From positions 62,001 to 126,000 of IMG/VR virus record IMGVR_UViG_3300049217_000071: a stretch of DNA of 64,000 nt; one strand, given 5' to 3'. The translations under genes were made by a program, and so were the position numbers. Under the pieces are notes generated by a model. The model saw nothing but the letters and a program-made list of their open reading frames with translations, ran no database searches and was not told the origin of the DNA. This document shows, in pieces, positions 28,161 through 38,416 of the stretch. Position 1 is the stretch's first letter, and each line of letters begins with the position of its first letter.

Positions 28161-28814
28161 ATGAAGCTTGATTTCAAGATCAAAGAAGTTAGACCGAAGG
28201 TCTTCTTGTTCGAGTTCAAGGACACATACGATATGTGTATGCACTTCTTGCGTTATCAGGAATACTACGAGTCCGCCTCTTCTAAATACAGGGGCCATAA
28301 GTTTACCATCTTCGACTTTATGCGATGGTATTCCAAAACCTACGGCCACGGTGCTTTTACCTATTGCACTGATTGGGATGGTTTCAATATTCCTGGCTCT
28401 GTTATTAGGGAGATAGCAACCCGGGGCATTTTAGATTACAACAAGTATGATCGAGCTATGTGGGAAGGTTATTGCCACGGTGTCAATAAAGCTGGCAACA
28501 AAATCTATATCATTGGCGCTGTCAATGGTAGCAACGCCCTCAAGCACGAAGTGGCTCACGCCTTCTTTTACCTGCATCCAAAGTATAAGAAGGAGATGAC
28601 CAAGCTGGTCAAAGCTTTACCGGCTACTATCACAGATAAGATGAAGCATCATCTCAAAAGAGTAGGTTATACACCCAAGGTTTATGTAGATGAAATGCAA
28701 GCATACTTATCTACTGGACTAACGGAATTGTTTGGACACGATACTACTAAGTGGAAAACAGAACGTGAGCCATTTGAGAAAGCGTTCAACGAGTTTTACG
28801 GAGAATCAAAATGA
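28161..28814 (+). CDS. HExxH putative metallopeptidase
   Basis: FLRYQEYYES; LKHEVAHA; DEMQAY. Confidence 0.7.
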   Translation: MKLDFKIKEVRPKVFLFEFKDTYDMCMHFLRYQEYYESASSKYRGHKFTIFDFMRWYSKTYGHGAFTYCTDWDGFNIPGSVIREIATRGILDYNKYDRAMWEGYCHGVNKAGNKIYIIGAVNGSNALKHEVAHAFFYLHPKYKKEMTKLVKALPATITDKMKHHLKRVGYTPKVYVDEMQAYLSTGLTELFGHDTTKWKTEREPFEKAFNEFYGESK

Positions 28815-29641
28815 GTAGCAAGGATAGTTTAGGCGATCGTATGAAGTCTTATGAGGACTCTTATCGATTTAGTTTGCCAGTCAGATTGCCAGTGATTGTA
28901 AGGGTTGACGGGAAAGCCTTTCATACTTACACCAAGAATTGTAAGCGTCCCGTAGATCCGGGCCTGGTGGAATGTATGAACTTGACCGCTATGGAGCTGT
29001 GCAAGACGATGCAGGGCTGTCAATTGGCCTACGTGCAGTCAGATGAGATCTCTCTCTTGCTAACCAATTTCCAAACGGTGGATACTCAGTCGTGGTTTGA
29101 GAACAACCTACAAAAGATGGTCAGCGTAGCTGCCTCTATTGCGGGCGTCACCTTCACTACCAACTCAGAGGAGATTTGGGGATATGGCGGTGATATGGGA
29201 GACTTCCCTATTCAGAAGCCCGCTTACTTCGATGCTCGTGCTTTCGTCCTTCCCAAGGAGGAAGTATGCAACTACTTCTTGTGGAGACAGTTAGATGCTA
29301 CCCGCAACTCGGTGCAGATGTTGGCTCGTAGTATCTATTCTCACAAGCAACTGGAGGGAAAGAACAACTACGAATTGCAAGAGATGATTTTCAATGCCGG
29401 TACCAACTGGGATAAATGCCCTATCCCTCAGAAGAGGGGTCGCTGTATTGTCAAGACCAAGATAGAGAAAGAAGCTTTCAACCCCAAGACCAAGCAGACT
29501 GTCAAGGCTTTGCGTTCTGAGTGGATAGTGGATAATGAAATCCCTATTTTCTCTCAAGACCGCCGATACATCGATAAGTTCTTGTTTCCCAAGGAAGTCT
29601 TGGAATCTTGGGACTTGACTGCGAATGAGTTGACCCCGTAA
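28811..29641 (+). CDS. tRNA(His) guanylyltransferase-like protein (Thg1/TLP)
   Basis: RMK.YE, RVDGKAFH, YVQSDEISL, FDAR, YFLWRQ.DA.RNS. Confidence 0.95.
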   Translation: MSSKDSLGDRMKSYEDSYRFSLPVRLPVIVRVDGKAFHTYTKNCKRPVDPGLVECMNLTAMELCKTMQGCQLAYVQSDEISLLLTNFQTVDTQSWFENNLQKMVSVAASIAGVTFTTNSEEIWGYGGDMGDFPIQKPAYFDARAFVLPKEEVCNYFLWRQLDATRNSVQMLARSIYSHKQLEGKNNYELQEMIFNAGTNWDKCPIPQKRGRCIVKTKIEKEAFNPKTKQTVKALRSEWIVDNEIPIFSQDRRYIDKFLFPKEVLESWDLTANELTP

Positions 29642-29651
29642 AGGAAATACT

Positions 29652-30719
29652 ATGAGCAATATTACTCCCAGCATCGAGAGCAAAATCGGGCGCGGTCTCT
29701 ACAAGATTGCGGAGCACCCGTTGTGCATTGTCAAGGAGAAAGTGTTTGAGTATTTCGATGATATGGCCCGTATCGAGATAGATACCCCATATGTTTCTGT
29801 GATCGATAATTTCGATAGACTACGTGTGCCTCCCGATCATCCTTCCAGGCAAGCGACCGATACCTACTACAAAGATGATAGCACCTGTCTCCGCACTCAC
29901 ATGACTTGCTACCTATATCCATTAGGACAGTCTAAAAGTGGAGAGAGTCAGCTTCGCTACATCACTTGTGGAGATGTGTATCGTAAAGATGCCATTGATG
30001 CCACTCACTATCCCGTCTTCCATCAAATGGATGCCTTCTATATTGTGGATGATGAGGTGGATGTCAAGAAGCACTTGCGAAAGAAGTTGACCGGCTTGGT
30101 CAAGCATCTCTTCGGCACCAAAGTAGACTTCCAATTCCTGGAAGACTCAGAACACAAAGATGTCTACTTCCCCTTCACGGTAGATTCTTTGGAAGTTAGT
30201 GTCTCGCTCAAGGATGAAAACGGTCAGATTCAGCAGTTGGAAATTTTGGGGGCAGGCACCGTCCATCCTGAAATTATGACCGCTTTGGGCCTGCCTAATA
30301 AAAGAGCTTGGGCCTTCGGTTTGGGTCTGGAACGTCTGGCTATGGTGATGTTTGACATTCCTGACATTCGATTGTTCTGGTCTACCGATAAGCGTTTCAC
30401 CAGCCAGTTCACATCAGGTCAGATTACCAAGTTCGTCCCCTTCTCTAAGTATGAAGTTTGCTACAAGGACATATCTTTCTACTTGAGCAACGGGTTCTCT
30501 TACAACGATTTGTGTTCTATTGCCCGAGATGAGGATGCCGACAACTTGATCGAATCTATTGCGTTAGTGGATGCTTTCGAGCACAAAGGGCGAGCCTCGC
30601 ATTGTTATAGGATCACATACCGTTCGATGGATAGCACGCTCCGTAATGCAGACGTCAACAAAATCCAAAAGGGTATTCGAGAAAGAGTAGCTTCGGAATT
30701 AGGAGTAGAGATTAGATGA
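29652..30719 (+). CDS. single-chain (mitochondrial-type) phenylalanyl-tRNA synthetase
   Basis: HP.R...DTYY, LRTHMT, YRKD.IDATHYPVFHQM, YFPFT, LEILGAG, WAFGLGLERLAM, DIR.FW, C-terminal FDX-ACB (KDISF...CYRITYRS). Confidence 0.93.
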   Translation: MSNITPSIESKIGRGLYKIAEHPLCIVKEKVFEYFDDMARIEIDTPYVSVIDNFDRLRVPPDHPSRQATDTYYKDDSTCLRTHMTCYLYPLGQSKSGESQLRYITCGDVYRKDAIDATHYPVFHQMDAFYIVDDEVDVKKHLRKKLTGLVKHLFGTKVDFQFLEDSEHKDVYFPFTVDSLEVSVSLKDENGQIQQLEILGAGTVHPEIMTALGLPNKRAWAFGLGLERLAMVMFDIPDIRLFWSTDKRFTSQFTSGQITKFVPFSKYEVCYKDISFYLSNGFSYNDLCSIARDEDADNLIESIALVDAFEHKGRASHCYRITYRSMDSTLRNADVNKIQKGIRERVASELGVEIR

Positions 30720-31039
30720 GCTGTTTTCTGTGTTCCAAAGATTTCGTTAGGCCTCCTAATGGGGACTGGTCTAGTGATCGCGAGATATGCGATCTATGTG
30801 AGCGAGAGTTCTGTTTTGATTGTGGCGAATTGGAAGCTTACGAATTCACTTTTCCAAATTGTTGTCCTGGTGTTTATTGGTGTGTTATCTGTAAAACCAG
30901 GTATTTAGAAGAGGCCAAGGGACATTTATTCGTTATAGCTAATCACGACAACCACCCCGACCTATTGACGTATTGCAGCATTGATACCACTAATGGCGCT
31001 TTTGCCGACCGATGCAACAAATGTGGTATGTGGGCTTAG
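30716..31039 (+). CDS. Cys-rich Zn-finger protein
   Basis: five CxxC. Confidence 0.6.
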   Translation: MSCFLCSKDFVRPPNGDWSSDREICDLCEREFCFDCGELEAYEFTFPNCCPGVYWCVICKTRYLEEAKGHLFVIANHDNHPDLLTYCSIDTTNGAFADRCNKCGMWA

Positions 31040-31352
31040 CAAGGTTCCCAAAGAGGGATATACTGAGCGTCTGCAAAACTGTCCCAATTGGAAAGTTGGG
31101 GCTATCAAAATGTGCGACCGATTGGATAATTTGCGCTCTTTGATGATACCGGGTAATACTTTGGAGTTTCAGAAAAAGCAGATCAAAGAAACAAAAGAAA
31201 AATACTTCCCAATTTTTGATAAAACGGCCGACACTCTCTGTCCTCCTGAATATGCTCATCATGTCAGGGCGGTTCGAGATGAAATAAAAAGATTAGTTGA
31301 GCGTTATAGTACCATTATCGAGTTGCAGCAAAACGCGACAACTAACTGTTAG
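31032..31352 (+). pseudogene. C-terminal half of a Mesh1/SpoT-type HD (p)ppGpp hydrolase
   Basis: LSK....Y..RL......IK.CDRLDNLRS; N-terminal HD motif absent. Confidence 0.65.
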
Positions 31353-31361
31353 GAGGTCAAT

Positions 31362-31946
31362 TTGACCTGTATAGTCGGATTAGTAGATAAGGGCGATGTA
31401 TACATTGGTGGTGATAGTGCTGGAGTAGCTGGATTATCTCTCTCTATTAGGGCAGATGAGAAGGTCTTTGGTAATGGTCCGTTTTTGATGGGCTTCACAA
31501 CTTCTTTTCGTATGGGTCAGTTGCTCCGATATAAGTTTGATCCTCCCGCCCAAACAGTGGGACAAGAGGATATGCGGTATATGGTGACCAGCTTTATCGA
31601 TGCTGCCCGCCAATGTTTTTCCCAGAATGGTTTCGGTGATAAAGAGGCCACTCAGGGAGGTTCTTTCTTGGTAGGGTATAAGAGCAAGCTCTACTCTATT
31701 GAATCTGACTACCAGGTAGGTATTCCCGCCACCCCGTTTGATGCAGTGGGTTGTGGTTCTGATTTGGCTCTGGGAGCCTTATATGCCACTGCCGGCCTCA
31801 AACCAGAATTGCGTGTTCGCACCGCTTTGGAAGCTGCCAGTTCTTTTAGTGCCGGAGTAGCTCCTCCATTTACTATTCTCAAGTTGTCTGGGGCCCCACC
31901 CAAGAAGGTCAAGCCTAAGAAGAATGCCGCTAAGCCAGTCAAGTAA
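31362..31946 (+). CDS. Ntn-hydrolase, HslV/proteasome-beta-like peptidase
   Basis: MTCIVGL..GGDS, KVF, AVGCGSDLALGAL. Confidence 0.8.
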   Translation: MTCIVGLVDKGDVYIGGDSAGVAGLSLSIRADEKVFGNGPFLMGFTTSFRMGQLLRYKFDPPAQTVGQEDMRYMVTSFIDAARQCFSQNGFGDKEATQGGSFLVGYKSKLYSIESDYQVGIPATPFDAVGCGSDLALGALYATAGLKPELRVRTALEAASSFSAGVAPPFTILKLSGAPPKKVKPKKNAAKPVK

Positions 31947-31964
31947 TCATTTGGAGATAATGCG

Positions 31965-32984
31965 ATGTCAAAGTTAGAGTATGTTTGGTTAGATGGCTGT
32001 AAACCTATGCAGAGTTTACGTAGTAAAACCAAAATCTTCAATAGGGTAAACTTACTAGACAGTTTTCGATTAGATCAATGCCCCATGTGGGGGTTTGACG
32101 GCAGCTCTACGGAACAGGCTACCGGAGACAAATCAGATTGTGTATTACAGCCAGTCTTTATGACCAGAGATCCTCAACGTAAAGGTGATTGTTATTTGGT
32201 AATGTGTGAGGTGCTCAATGCAGATGGCACACCTCATGCCTCTAATACCCGAGCCACCATTGAAGACGATAGTGAGGATTATTGGTTTGGTTTTGAGCAG
32301 GAGTATTTCCTATGGAATCCTGAGACCAATAAACCATTAGGTTTTCACGAAGTGCATACCACTCGTCCTCAAGGCCCTTATTATTGTTCAGTAGGTGCCA
32401 GCAATGCCTTTGGTCGAGAAATTGTGGAAGAGCACCTGGATGTATGTCTCGAAGCTGGCCTCAAGATCGAGGGCATCAATGCTGAGGTGGCCCCGGGCCA
32501 ATGGGAGTTTCAGGTTTTCGCCAAGGGAGCTAAGTTAGCAGGAGACCAATTATGGTTGGCCCGCTATCTATTGGAACGAATTGGCGAGAAACACGGAGTA
32601 GCTATCAATTGGCATTGTAAGCCCCTTGGTGATACAGACTGGAATGGCAGTGGAATGCATACCAACTTCTCTAATTCTCTATTGAGAACCTGTGGTAAAT
32701 CAGAAGTCTATGCCAAGGTATGTCAGGCTTTCAAGCCCGTGGTCAAAGAACATATGGATGTCTATGGCCCCCATAATGAAATGCGCTTGACAGGTAAACA
32801 CGAAACGGCTGCCATTGACCAGTTCTCCTACGGGATATCTGACCGAGGAGCCTCTATTCGTATCCCGATGGCTACCGTCAATAACGATTGGAAGGGCTGG
32901 TTAGAGGATAGGCGACCAAACAGTGCCGCTGACCCTTATCTGGTAGCTTCTAGAATTATCAAGACTCTCAAGACCGTTGGCTGA
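31965..32984 (+). CDS. glnII: glutamine synthetase type II
   Basis: EYVWLDG, LRSKT, FDGSST.QA, GFEQEY, QGPYYC, NAEV..GQWEFQ, WNGSGMH.NFS, RLTG.HET, RGASIRIP, EDRRP. Confidence 0.95.
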   Translation: MSKLEYVWLDGCKPMQSLRSKTKIFNRVNLLDSFRLDQCPMWGFDGSSTEQATGDKSDCVLQPVFMTRDPQRKGDCYLVMCEVLNADGTPHASNTRATIEDDSEDYWFGFEQEYFLWNPETNKPLGFHEVHTTRPQGPYYCSVGASNAFGREIVEEHLDVCLEAGLKIEGINAEVAPGQWEFQVFAKGAKLAGDQLWLARYLLERIGEKHGVAINWHCKPLGDTDWNGSGMHTNFSNSLLRTCGKSEVYAKVCQAFKPVVKEHMDVYGPHNEMRLTGKHETAAIDQFSYGISDRGASIRIPMATVNNDWKGWLEDRRPNSAADPYLVASRIIKTLKTVG

Positions 32985-33021
32985 GCAAAAGAGCCAGGCA
33001 AAGTAATAAATTGCCCTGCGC

Positions 33022-33049
33022 TTGACACGCCCCGTCTAAGCCTTACATT
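33022..33049 (+). promoter_or_regulatory. sigma70-type promoter of ligA
   Basis: TTGACA-16nt-TACATT. Confidence 0.7.
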
Positions 33050-33130
33050 GAGGGTGGCTGTTGGGAGAGGTGTATCCGCCCTCCGATTTTTAACTGGCCC
33101 GCACTTACCCAACCCTAAAAAGGTGAAAGA

Positions 33131-35002
33131 ATGTCATCAAATCGCATTACCGAGCTGGCTGATAAGATTACCCAGGCTCGATTGGACTATTACAATGGTC
33201 AGCCAACCGTTTCTGACAAGATTTTCGATGCTTGGGCCGATGAGCTTCGCACCCTGGACGCTAATCACATAGCTTTGACGGCTGTAGGTGCTCCTGTCGG
33301 CCCTTCCGAATGGAAGAAAGCTAAGCACCAGATCCCGATGGGATCTCTCAACAAAGTCAATCAACCTGCCGAAATGTTGGACTGGGCCAGTGATAAGAAC
33401 TGCAAGTCCTGGTTTATGACGGAAAAGCTGGACGGACTCTCTATAGAAGTGATCTATGAGGGTGGTAAGGTGGTACAAGCCATTACCCGAGGTGATGGTG
33501 AGACGGGCGAAGACATTACGGTCAACGTGATTCGTATGGGTGGAGTCAATCCCGATTTGAAAACTGACTTCAATGGTTCCCTTCGTGGTGAAATCATTAT
33601 GAAGAAGAGCATTCATCAGAAGTTCTTCGCTGATAAAGCCAATCCTCGCAATGCAGCTTCTGGTGTTTCCAAGCGTTTGGATGGTGTGGATGTGGATAAG
33701 CTCGACATTCTCTTCTACCAAGTTTTGGGTGATGTAGATTTCAAAACGGAAGAAGACCAGTTCAAGTGGTTGCAGAAGCATAAAGTCGGCACTCCCAACT
33801 ATTGGATCTGGAGTTCGGCTCTTGCCATCAATGTTATGTGGCGTGAATACCAAGACAAAGAGCGCGATAAGCTGGATTATGATATCGACGGACTGGTGGT
33901 TCGTATCAATGACATGGCCGATCAAATGGCTTGTGGTGATAAAGACCTCCGCCCCTTGGGTGCTATGGCCTTCAAGTTTGACAATGAGACCCGTGAGAGC
34001 ACTATCAAAGACATCATCTGGCAGGTGGGCAACAGTGGACGCCTAACTCCGGTGGCTGTGGTGGAGCCCGTTCTCCTGGTGGGAGCTATGGTTTCCCGAG
34101 CCAGCTTGTATAACATTGCCTACATTGAGGAATTGGGTTTGGATATCGGGGCCCGCGTCCTGGTGGCCCGAGCTAATGACGTGATTCCTCGCATTGAGGA
34201 GTTGGTCAAGGGTACCAAGACGGTAGCCAAGATGCCCAAGAAGTGTCCTGATTGTGGTGGAATAGTGGATATGCAGGGTGAGAACCTGATTTGCACCAAC
34301 ACGGAGAACTGCCGATCCCAGATCATTGGTCGCATCAAGAACTGGATCAAAGAACTCAACCTGTTGGAGTGGGGGGATTCTTTGGTGGAGAAGTTGGTGG
34401 ATGCTAAGAAGGTCAAGAACATTGCTGACCTCTATACTCTTCAAGTGGATGACATTTCCAAGTTGGATCGCTTGGGAGATAAGACGGCCAAGAAGTGTTT
34501 GGATATCTTGAACGCTAATAAGAATGTAGCTTTGGAAGTCTTTTTAGGCGCTTTATCCATTCCAACTATTGGGCAATCGACGATTAAATTAATAATGAAA
34601 GATGGTTGTGATACTTTAGAAAAGTTTGGTCAGTTAAGTAGCGTTCAATTTGAGCAGGTATCGGGAGTAGGTCCGGTCAAAGCGCGATTTTTAGCTGATG
34701 GACTCAAACATAATCAGCAACTAATCCTTGATTTGTTAAAAAATGGAGTGGAGATCAAAGAAATTGTTGATGGCAAATTGACTGGTAAAAGTTTTGCTAT
34801 TACTGGAACGCTCTCTATCAAGCGCGCTGAGGTTGAAAAATTGATTCAAGACAATGGCGGTGAAGTGAAAAGTAGCGTTGGAAAAGGATTGAACTACCTA
34901 ATTATTTCTGATCCACAATCTACCAGCAGTAAAGCACAAGCCGCCCGAAAGTTGGGTACCGTTCTTATTAACGAGGCACAATTTTTAGACTTGATTAGCT
35001 AA
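33131..35002 (+). CDS. ligA: NAD+-dependent DNA ligase
   Basis: EKLDG, TRGDG..GEDIT, NPRNAA, DGLVV, Zn finger, HhH, BRCT. Confidence 0.97.
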   Translation: MSSNRITELADKITQARLDYYNGQPTVSDKIFDAWADELRTLDANHIALTAVGAPVGPSEWKKAKHQIPMGSLNKVNQPAEMLDWASDKNCKSWFMTEKLDGLSIEVIYEGGKVVQAITRGDGETGEDITVNVIRMGGVNPDLKTDFNGSLRGEIIMKKSIHQKFFADKANPRNAASGVSKRLDGVDVDKLDILFYQVLGDVDFKTEEDQFKWLQKHKVGTPNYWIWSSALAINVMWREYQDKERDKLDYDIDGLVVRINDMADQMACGDKDLRPLGAMAFKFDNETRESTIKDIIWQVGNSGRLTPVAVVEPVLLVGAMVSRASLYNIAYIEELGLDIGARVLVARANDVIPRIEELVKGTKTVAKMPKKCPDCGGIVDMQGENLICTNTENCRSQIIGRIKNWIKELNLLEWGDSLVEKLVDAKKVKNIADLYTLQVDDISKLDRLGDKTAKKCLDILNANKNVALEVFLGALSIPTIGQSTIKLIMKDGCDTLEKFGQLSSVQFEQVSGVGPVKARFLADGLKHNQQLILDLLKNGVEIKEIVDGKLTGKSFAITGTLSIKRAEVEKLIQDNGGEVKSSVGKGLNYLIISDPQSTSSKAQAARKLGTVLINEAQFLDLIS

Positions 35003-35078
35003 AATCTATGCATATTATCACCTATCATTGGGATATTTATAGGATATATACGCCTATGAAGACTTAATGTGAGGAACG

Positions 35079-35669
35079 ATGAGGAAACGCAAAGTATATT
35101 TAGCTGATTCACCAGGACGCCCATCATCACGAGCAGTGTATTTCAATGGGGCTGTGTGGAAACCTGTCGATGACAAGACAAACTATTCGGTGGCTGATGT
35201 AGTTGAATGTTCGACTAATGGTAATCTTCTTTTGGTTGGTAATGAAACTTGGGAAGAAGTTTTTAGGAATAAAGGCGCTGTTAAGTGTAAAATACAAGAG
35301 TGTGAGAATGGGCCCCCTTTCATTAGGGGATTATGTAATACTCATTATCAACGAGCGCAGAGATGTGGTGATGAAAATTACATACCATATATGGCTCCCA
35401 AAGGAACTGGATTCACTCATAAATCAGGATATCGTATAGTTTCTGATGGCAATGGTGGTAAAATTAAAGAGCACCGTTTGGTAATGGAAAAGCATTTAGG
35501 TCGCAAACTTTTACCAGAAGAAAATGTTCACCACAAAAATGGAAACCGCTCTGATAATAGATTAGAAAATCTTGAATTGTGGAGTACAAAACAACCACAA
35601 GGTAAAAGAATAGAAGATTTAGTGGTGTATGCCAAGGAAATATTGAAGCTTTATGGAGATGAATTATGA
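35079..35669 (+). mobile_element. free-standing HNH endonuclease gene
   Basis: EHRLVME.HLGR.L...E.VHHKNG.R.DNR.ENLELW. Confidence 0.92.
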
Positions 35670-35830
35670 CTGTTTATAAAAAAGGTATATTAGATTGGTG
35701 TTCATCCGTGGAAGAAACTTTTCAGCCACGCGAGAATTTAACACGTGCAGAAGATGCTAAACAAATTCCAGAGCAATTTTTAGCAACAGCCATCCGATAT
35801 CTACGTGCTGTATGCAAGTAGCTTCCCGAT

Positions 35831-35866
35831 ATTTCTAAAGATGAGTTCTTGGAGTTGGTGAAATGA
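35831..35866 (+). pseudogene. probable orphaned C-terminus of ligA
   Basis: ISKDEFLELVK* vs INEAQFLDLIS*; stop overlaps the next ATG. Confidence 0.6.
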
Positions 35867-36264
35867 GTATCTTTGTAAGAATGGCTGACGCAATAATCAA
35901 TATCATTGGCCCGCCCGATGATATCAAGGCCGTCTATGTGCCTGCCAAGCGTGTAAGAGAAGATTTGGATGTCCCCAATATCTTTGTGGGCAAAATTATG
36001 GACGATGGAAACATCAAGTGTGAAGTTGTTGCCCATAATAACAAGAACAATATGCACGTCAAGATACTGGAGATCAAATGGGAACGTCTGGGAACCTATT
36101 TTGATGTAGGTAAAATCTATCCCGTGTTTATGCACTCTAACGGAATCTTGGGCGAAGGAATGCAGATTTGGGAGATTTCTTCCAAACGTATGAAGCGAGA
36201 TACTTCTCAGGTATTGTTGTGCTGGGAAAAAGATATTGGTTGGAGTTGGGACTTAGATTTTTGA
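35863..36264 (+). CDS. hypothetical protein
   Basis: 133-aa ORF. Confidence 0.65.
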   Translation: MSIFVRMADAIINIIGPPDDIKAVYVPAKRVREDLDVPNIFVGKIMDDGNIKCEVVAHNNKNNMHVKILEIKWERLGTYFDVGKIYPVFMHSNGILGEGMQIWEISSKRMKRDTSQVLLCWEKDIGWSWDLDF

Positions 36265-36273
36265 GGTGAGACG

Positions 36274-36495
36274 ATGAAGAAGGTCAAGATTGATAATGTG
36301 TGGCCACATGACATAATCAAAACAGAAAATGGTATCGGCCAAGTAGCCAGTGTTGAACAGGTATCGGATGGCGGGGCTCCCGCTAAGATTGAGTTTGCCT
36401 GGCATCAGGCCGGTTATCCATACACGGCTTATTTTTACTGGTCAACAGAAGTTGTTGTTCTTTCAGATGAAGATCTGCTACATCTTCGGAATTGA
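36274..36495 (+). CDS. hypothetical protein
   Basis: GAGGTG RBS. Confidence 0.6.
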   Translation: MKKVKIDNVWPHDIIKTENGIGQVASVEQVSDGGAPAKIEFAWHQAGYPYTAYFYWSTEVVVLSDEDLLHLRN

Positions 36496-36510
36496 GATAT
36501 AGGAGGTTCT

Positions 36511-36813
36511 ATGAAGAAGTTATTTACTGCCTTGGTTTTTTGTTTGGGTCTGATGGGTCTGACAAGCTGCACCGAGAGTGTGGCTTATGCTCAGCCAGTG
36601 GTTGTCAATCAACCTGTCCAAATCTGTGACCAATATGGTTGCCGTTATGTGGTAGCCCCATACTACTACAATACGCCTCGTGTATGGGTGACCTATCGTA
36701 GGCCCTATGGCGGTTATTACTACAACGCTCCTCGCTACTATTACCGTAGTGGTGTACGTTATTACTACCGTGGCGGATATCGCGGTGGATACCGTGGAGG
36801 CTGGCGTAGGTAA
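36511..36813 (+). CDS. putative lipoprotein with Tyr/Arg/Gly-rich tail
   Basis: lipobox LTSC; YYY and RGGY repeats. Confidence 0.75.
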   Translation: MKKLFTALVFCLGLMGLTSCTESVAYAQPVVVNQPVQICDQYGCRYVVAPYYYNTPRVWVTYRRPYGGYYYNAPRYYYRSGVRYYYRGGYRGGYRGGWRR

Positions 36814-37013
36814 TGTGCACCTGTGAGAATAGAATGTGCCCCAAATGTGATCCGGGCATTGAAGCTTTCTATCAGCAAAAGCTAAAAGAAGCTGGTTCGT
36901 TTGCAGACTATATTGATGCTAAGGATGTTTGGTATGAGTATTGCGCTCTCAAAGCCGAAGAAGCGGCTGATGATGCTGTGCAACCTAAAGATGAATCGGA
37001 ATGCACTTACTAA
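36813..37013 (+). CDS. hypothetical protein
   Basis: TAATG coupling. Confidence 0.5.
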   Translation: MCTCENRMCPKCDPGIEAFYQQKLKEAGSFADYIDAKDVWYEYCALKAEEAADDAVQPKDESECTY

Positions 37014-37297
37014 TTGCTCTCCTTGCCATTTTCGGTTTAGCCTTTGCTATCAAAGAGACCTCCGGTCCTTTTGATGTCTTGGATAAGCTGCGTGGTTTAC
37101 TGATGCGAAACAAATACGTGGGAGTTTTCTTCTACGGTTTGCTTTCCTGCTATTTCTGCGTGGGTTTCCACTGCGGGTGGATCGTTTATCTATTGAGCGA
37201 GGAAAATTACACGTGGCAATTTTTTATGCTTTATGGTTTGGCTGGCGGAACGGTTTGTTTAATCATTGATGCCTTGCTCTCGAAGCTCCATCAATAA
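37001..37297 (+). CDS. membrane protein (DUF1360-like)
   Basis: GPF....LR, LLSCYFCVGFH, TM helices. Confidence 0.7.
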   Translation: MHLLIALLAIFGLAFAIKETSGPFDVLDKLRGLLMRNKYVGVFFYGLLSCYFCVGFHCGWIVYLLSEENYTWQFFMLYGLAGGTVCLIIDALLSKLHQ

Positions 37298-37964
37298 CAT
37301 TTTGTTTGGCTGATAACGGTCGCAAATTATCTAATGCCCAACATTTTTGGAAGTTAGCATCATTCATAGAAGAATAAAGCAGAGTTGATTGAGGGACAAT
37401 ATGATCAATCTGCCAAGTCCAAGTGGATGAATCATTATCATCCCAAATTTTATGATTGTACGAGCCATGATTTTGCCAGGTCATCCACGGCTCAAAATGC
37501 TTTTCGAGATGCGATTTTAATTCTTGGAAAGAATACGGAAGATATTTAGTTATCGATCCGTTTTTGGATATGGCTTTCTGAACGCTTCTACTAATAATTT
37601 TTCTCAATCGAAAAGCGATATCGTTTTGTCTTCTCTTTCTATCTTGCTCTCTTCGTATTGCCTTATGTTCTGCACGATAATTTCTGTTGTACTCTGAGAT
37701 TTTATCTTTATTCTTTTTCTTGTATGCAGATTTTCTCTTCTTCACCACTTCTGCGTGGTTCAGTCGATATCTTTTTTCGTTTTCTCTACACCGTTCTTTG
37801 TTGTTTTGGTGCCACTCAGTAGTTTTGTTATTTTGACATTCTATACAATAGGGGGCCCAATAAATAGAGATGACACCCGATTTTTTTATGTATTTTCTTT
37901 GCTTAAAGTTGTCTACTGTTAGTTCCAAACTACGATTACAGCTAATACAAATCTTGTGTTTCAT
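37263..37964 (-). mobile_element. free-standing HNH-type endonuclease gene
   Basis: CISC, YCIEC, HLEKHF..WMTW.N.G, WQIDHIVP, CWAL.NLRPL....N. Confidence 0.88.
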
Positions 37965-37988
37965 ATATAGTTATATATCGGACCGAAT

Positions 37989-38069
37989 TTTTTTATTTTG
38001 TGGGGACTTGCGCTGCTCGTTATGAGCCTTATTATAGATGGAGTCTTGACACGTCTCCACCGTGAATAA
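37989..38069 (+). pseudogene. orphaned C-terminus of the 37001 membrane gene
   Basis: FFILWGLALLVMSLIIDGVLTRLHRE* vs FFMLYGLAGGTVCLIIDALLSKLHQ*. Confidence 0.85.
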
Positions 38070-38416
38070 TCCCGTATCGGATTTATGAGATACTGGTTGA
38101 TTATCACGACGTTGTTGCTGTCTGGATGTGGCGGTGAGTTATGGTTTACTCCTAACGGGCATCAATAGAAATACATAATATTCCTCTGTATCTTCCAAAG
38201 AATGATACTATTTTTGTTTTTACTACTGGTAATGAAATGACCGCAGCATTACAAAATGTGAATAAAAATAAAGTAAGACTAATTGATCGAAAGATTATTT
38301 CTGGTCTTGTTGATAATAATGAAAATTTTTGGTTGCAGGTTAATGCATTGCTATATGATACTTTTACTGATTAAATAAATGGATATATTATGGCTAAAGT
38401 AATTAAATAAGCAGAC

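Noticed and set aside
33137-33925. Long antisense ORFs (also 13288-13890, 55557-56195, 61711-62409)
   Set aside because: Shadows of well-supported + strand genes with no motifs of their own.
38085-38373. AT-rich ORF fragments before PARP
   Set aside because: A short lipoprotein-like start and broken frames; no assignable product.
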